From: Azolla caroliniana
Lineage: Eukaryota > Plantae > Polypodiophyta
Length of the DNA: 64,000 nt
Assembly (NCBI GenBank): GCA_043228905.1
Contig: JBHGNT010000009.1
Span: 9,672,001-9,736,000 of the forward strand
Reading direction: 5' to 3'
Under the pieces are notes generated by a model. That model saw nothing but the letters and a program-made list of their open reading frames with translations. It had not been told where the DNA came from and searched no databases. The position numbers were made by a program, and so were the translations under genes. Positions 60,601-64,000 of the stretch are shown one piece after another. How positions within the stretch are numbered: the stretch's first letter is position 1; every line of letters starts with the position of its first letter.

Positions 60601-63074
60601 ATATGCTTCTCGTTCATCATGATCTGCGCTACTTCGAGGATGTGCTGATTTTTGCGCTCGGCTATTCCGTTTTGTTGCGGAGTGTGTCGGCAAGTGAATT
60701 CTCGCCGAATTCCTTCCTTTCGGAGATACGTCATGATATCATCCGAGAAGTACTCCTTGCCTCCATCCGATTGAAGGCATCGTACATGACGACCAGTGGC
60801 TTTTTCGACTTCGTTTTTTAACCTTTGGAAGTGTCTGAACACTTCGCTCTTTTGCCACATCGGATAGAGCCACGTGTGCCTGGAGAAGTCGTCGATGAAG
60901 AGCACGTAATATCGGCATCCGCTGAATGTAGCCGTTTGCGCCGATCCCCATACGTCGGAATGGACTACGTCGAGTAGACCTTTGCTCACGTTCCGCTCTT
61001 TCGGGAATGGGTGTCGGTGTTGCTTGCCGAATTGGTATGCTTCGCATACACCTTCAATATCCTTCTCTTTGAATGTCGGGAGTTCGATGATGACTCCTTT
61101 AGATTTCATTGGTTTGAGTTTGTTGAGATTGATGTGGCCAATTCGCTTGTGCCATAGCTCTATGTCGGATTCGTCGGCTTTCTTGCTTTTTGCGAATTTG
61201 GTACATTTCATCTCGTGTAAATCGAGAATGAACATCCGGCCCTCTCTTCTTCCGCGCGTGATAATTCGGCCCTCTTTTTCGATGAAGCACCCTTCTTGGT
61301 CGAATCGTACTTGCATCCCTTGCTCAACCATTTGGCTGACCGAGACCAAATTCTTCGTGATGGTGGGAACATGCAAGACATTTTTAATGTATGTTTGCTT
61401 ACCTCTTTCGCCGAACGGAACATTGCTGATGTGCCGAATCGGGTGCATAGTGTCATCTCCGGTTTCGACATAATTGGGTCGCTCCGGCTCTCGAAGTTCG
61501 AGAAACCATTCTTTATGAGATGTCATATGGTTTGAGGCTCCGGAGTCAACAAACCATACGTCCTCCGGATTGAGGGCACTAGTTGAGGTGGAGGCCGACA
61601 TAGAGTTTGCTCTATGTTTCATCATGAACATTCCGCCACTGTCGGAGTTGTGTGCATACATTCCGCCACGATCTTCGTAGTCGGAGTTGTGCCTGTACAT
61701 TCCACTATACTCTTCGTAGTCAGAATTGTGCACGTAATTCGTGAGTTGTCGACTTGTGGAAGCCGATTTGCACATCTTCTTTCGGCACTCTTCTTCATGG
61801 TGGCCGAGCTTTCCGCAATATTCACATTCAATTGCGTTTTGACGGCTCGGGCCGGAGTGGAAGCTCCCCCTTCTTGCGAAGGTTCCTCGTTGGCTTCCGT
61901 TTTGCGGCCGAAATTGGGAGTTGTTGTCGTAGGTCGGACCTCGTCCGCCTTGTCCTTGGCCGAATCGGCCTCTCGCTCGTCCGCGTCCTCTTCCTCCATT
62001 CGAGTGCGTGTAGAGCATGTGGCCTCCCGTGCTAGAATGGCGGTTCACATCGCGCCGAACTGTGGTGCGAGGCCGCTGAGGCATATTTGCACCATCTCAT
62101 CATCATCGATATTTACGCTTATCGAGCCAAGTGAGTCATAAAGCTCCTTGATCTTCAAGGTGTATGTCGTGATGGACATGTCCCTTTGTTGAATGTTGTT
62201 CAACTCTTGGTGGAGTTGAAGCCTTCTTGCGGTTGTATTCGTCGCGAAAATCTTTCATAGATTTTCCCATGCCTCCTTCGGCGTCTTGGCTTCACAAATG
62301 TAGCCAAGCATGTGATCGTGAACACATGTCGCCAAGCAATACATCACGCAGCTTGCGGCTTGCGTCTTGCGTCTTGCTCTCATGTCACGTATCTGGGAGC
62401 CGTTTCGATGAGTTGGTCTTCGTGCGCTCCTTTGATGTAGCTCCAATAGCCTTGTCCGACAAGGTATTGATGCATCTTGTACTCTGAAGATGCGAAGTTG
62501 TTTCGATCCAACTTCTCAGTAGGGAGAGCGGTCCCCATTTGAGTATTCATTATGTTGATTATTCTTCATCTCTCTTCGAATGCTAGCTATGTAGCGAATC
62601 TACGATAGCCATGAGCCGGTTCTTGGTCTTCGGCGTAGGACACAACGCACACAGATGGGCTAGATCGAGCTACCAAGCCGCTCTGATACCATGTAAAGAA
62701 TCAAGAGATGGATTCTATGCAGCGAAATAGATATGAGTTGTGTGTGTGTGTATGTGTGTGAGAGAGAGACAAGGAGTAAGACACAGAGAATACGAAAGGT
62801 AAAGTATATTAACAAAGGAGAAAGACTTAACATTATACAAGGTGGGAGGAGGGTGCTTTATATAGTCACCCTCTCTCTTCATTAACTAGAAGACTCATGG
62901 AGCATGGGGAATGTGAAAGCTCATAAGTTATGTGTCATAGAATATGATTCTATGACTCATACTAATTGCTAGAATACAAAGTGGTGACATAATGGTCACT
63001 CTTGACCGTTGGAGTGTCTATTCATTCTCAAGGTGAGTTCACACACTAGACCAAGTTGAGCTTGATTCTCAACA
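57669..63074 (-). mobile_element. Full-length Ty1/copia (family A)
   Basis: LTRs 62692-63074 and 57669-58059, TSD ATCTC/ATCTT, PBS 62680-62691, PPT 58060-58070. Confidence 0.95.
58300..62550 (-). pseudogene. Copia gag-pol polyprotein, lightly disrupted (1091-aa open stretch at 58809-62084)
   Basis: MNTQMG start at 62550, CEYCGKLGHHEEEC, WFVDSGAS, DVWG, QSDGGKEY, YVDD, then RNase H remnants with stops and frameshifts. Confidence 0.93.
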
Positions 63075-64000
63075 ATCTTATCCCTTGGATTTAATAATAT
63101 TGATTTTTGTTATATAAAAGATAAAACTCTTGGTGTTGCATTTTACGTCAAGCTTAGATATATTTATGATTTGTCAAGGAATCTTAAATTGGTGCTTTGA
63201 ATTGAAATCTAAAGATCAAGTGCTTGAGATCTTTAAGAGTTTTCATGCAAGTGTTGAAAGAGAAACTAGAAGGAAGTATTCATGCAAATAATGGTGGTGA
63301 ATATTGGGGTCCATTTGAGCAATATTGACGTGGTCATGGTACTGGGCTTAAAACAAGTGTTCCAAAAACACCTATGGCTAAACGACTGAATAGAATAGTT
63401 TGTGAGCGTATAAGGTGTATGTTGTCTCACTCAAAATTGCCTAAACTTTTTTGGGGTTACGGAATGAGGACTCCAAATGATCTTATAAACTTGTCTCTGT
63501 TAGATCCTTTGGATGGTAATGTTCGAGAGATAGTTCGAATAGGGAAACATGTTTCACATAAGCATTTAAGAGTGTTTGATTGTAGGGTTGATATTCACAT
63601 CCGAAAAGACATGCTCCAGACATGCTAATCGCTTTTTAGTTCCATGTGTATGGTGACAACCTATTTTCACTTGGTACCAAGTTTGTTGTAAACTTCATGG
63701 TTCAATGATTTCACCGTAAGAGTGATGAAACTTTGGATATTGACATCGTCATTCAAATTTTAAGAATGGTAGACCCTAAATACAATAGGGTGTTGTTTGT
63801 ATTTGGATTCCCATACTTATAATCAATGTTAATTAAGGAAAAAAGAATATGATCTCATTTCGTTTTGTGTGCTTGTCAATTAGAATCTTTACTCCCCTTT
63901 TTCAAATCAAATAAACGTATGCAATGCCAACATTATTCAACTATTTGTAGCGTAAAAAGTAAAAGTAAGTTGTGCTAGTGCTTAGGAAAGTAGGTTCATA

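Larger units (their letters stand above)
56290..63910 (+). mobile_element. Old, internally deleted family B-like copia, host of the 57669-63074 insertion
   Basis: Diverged direct repeats at about 56290-56600 and 63610-63910. PBS tggtattagagc at 56603. gag remnant SLYNNF...VRLRYEDGSS and integrase remnant at 63150-63610. No RT or RH seen. Confidence 0.65.

Noticed and set aside
1-64000. Prokaryotic or viral system (operons, retrons, DGRs)
   Set aside because: All reverse transcriptases are LTR- or LINE-type with eukaryotic TE architecture, and no operon-like gene arrangement is seen.

Overview
Eukaryotic, almost certainly land-plant DNA. A non-seed plant (bryophyte, lycophyte or fern) is inferred from the Tcn1/Tf1-like chromoviruses; the species cannot be told from sequence alone. 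Most of the window is a dense pile of nested, mostly decayed transposons: Ty1/copia and Ty3/gypsy LTR elements, LINE fragments, and Mutator and hAT MITEs. The only host genes are two GH18 (class V) chitinase paralogues in a ~3.2-3.5 kb duplicated block (7206-10736 and 14033-17186). The second keeps the catalytic DxDxE motif; the first has DxDxQ and is predicted inactive. A three-level nest is fully resolved by target-site duplications (TSDs): copia ~30213-46777 contains copia 31932-44210, which contains gypsy 35922-41707. The most unusual signal is in the gypsy LTRs. Two diverged elements share a tRNA-independent self-priming site, heat-shock elements next to the TATA box, a -1 frameshift signal, and an outward-facing tRNA-like Pol III A/B-box cassette. 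That cassette also appears in a third, different solo LTR. Coordinates and counts were read by eye; ends of decayed fragments are approximate.
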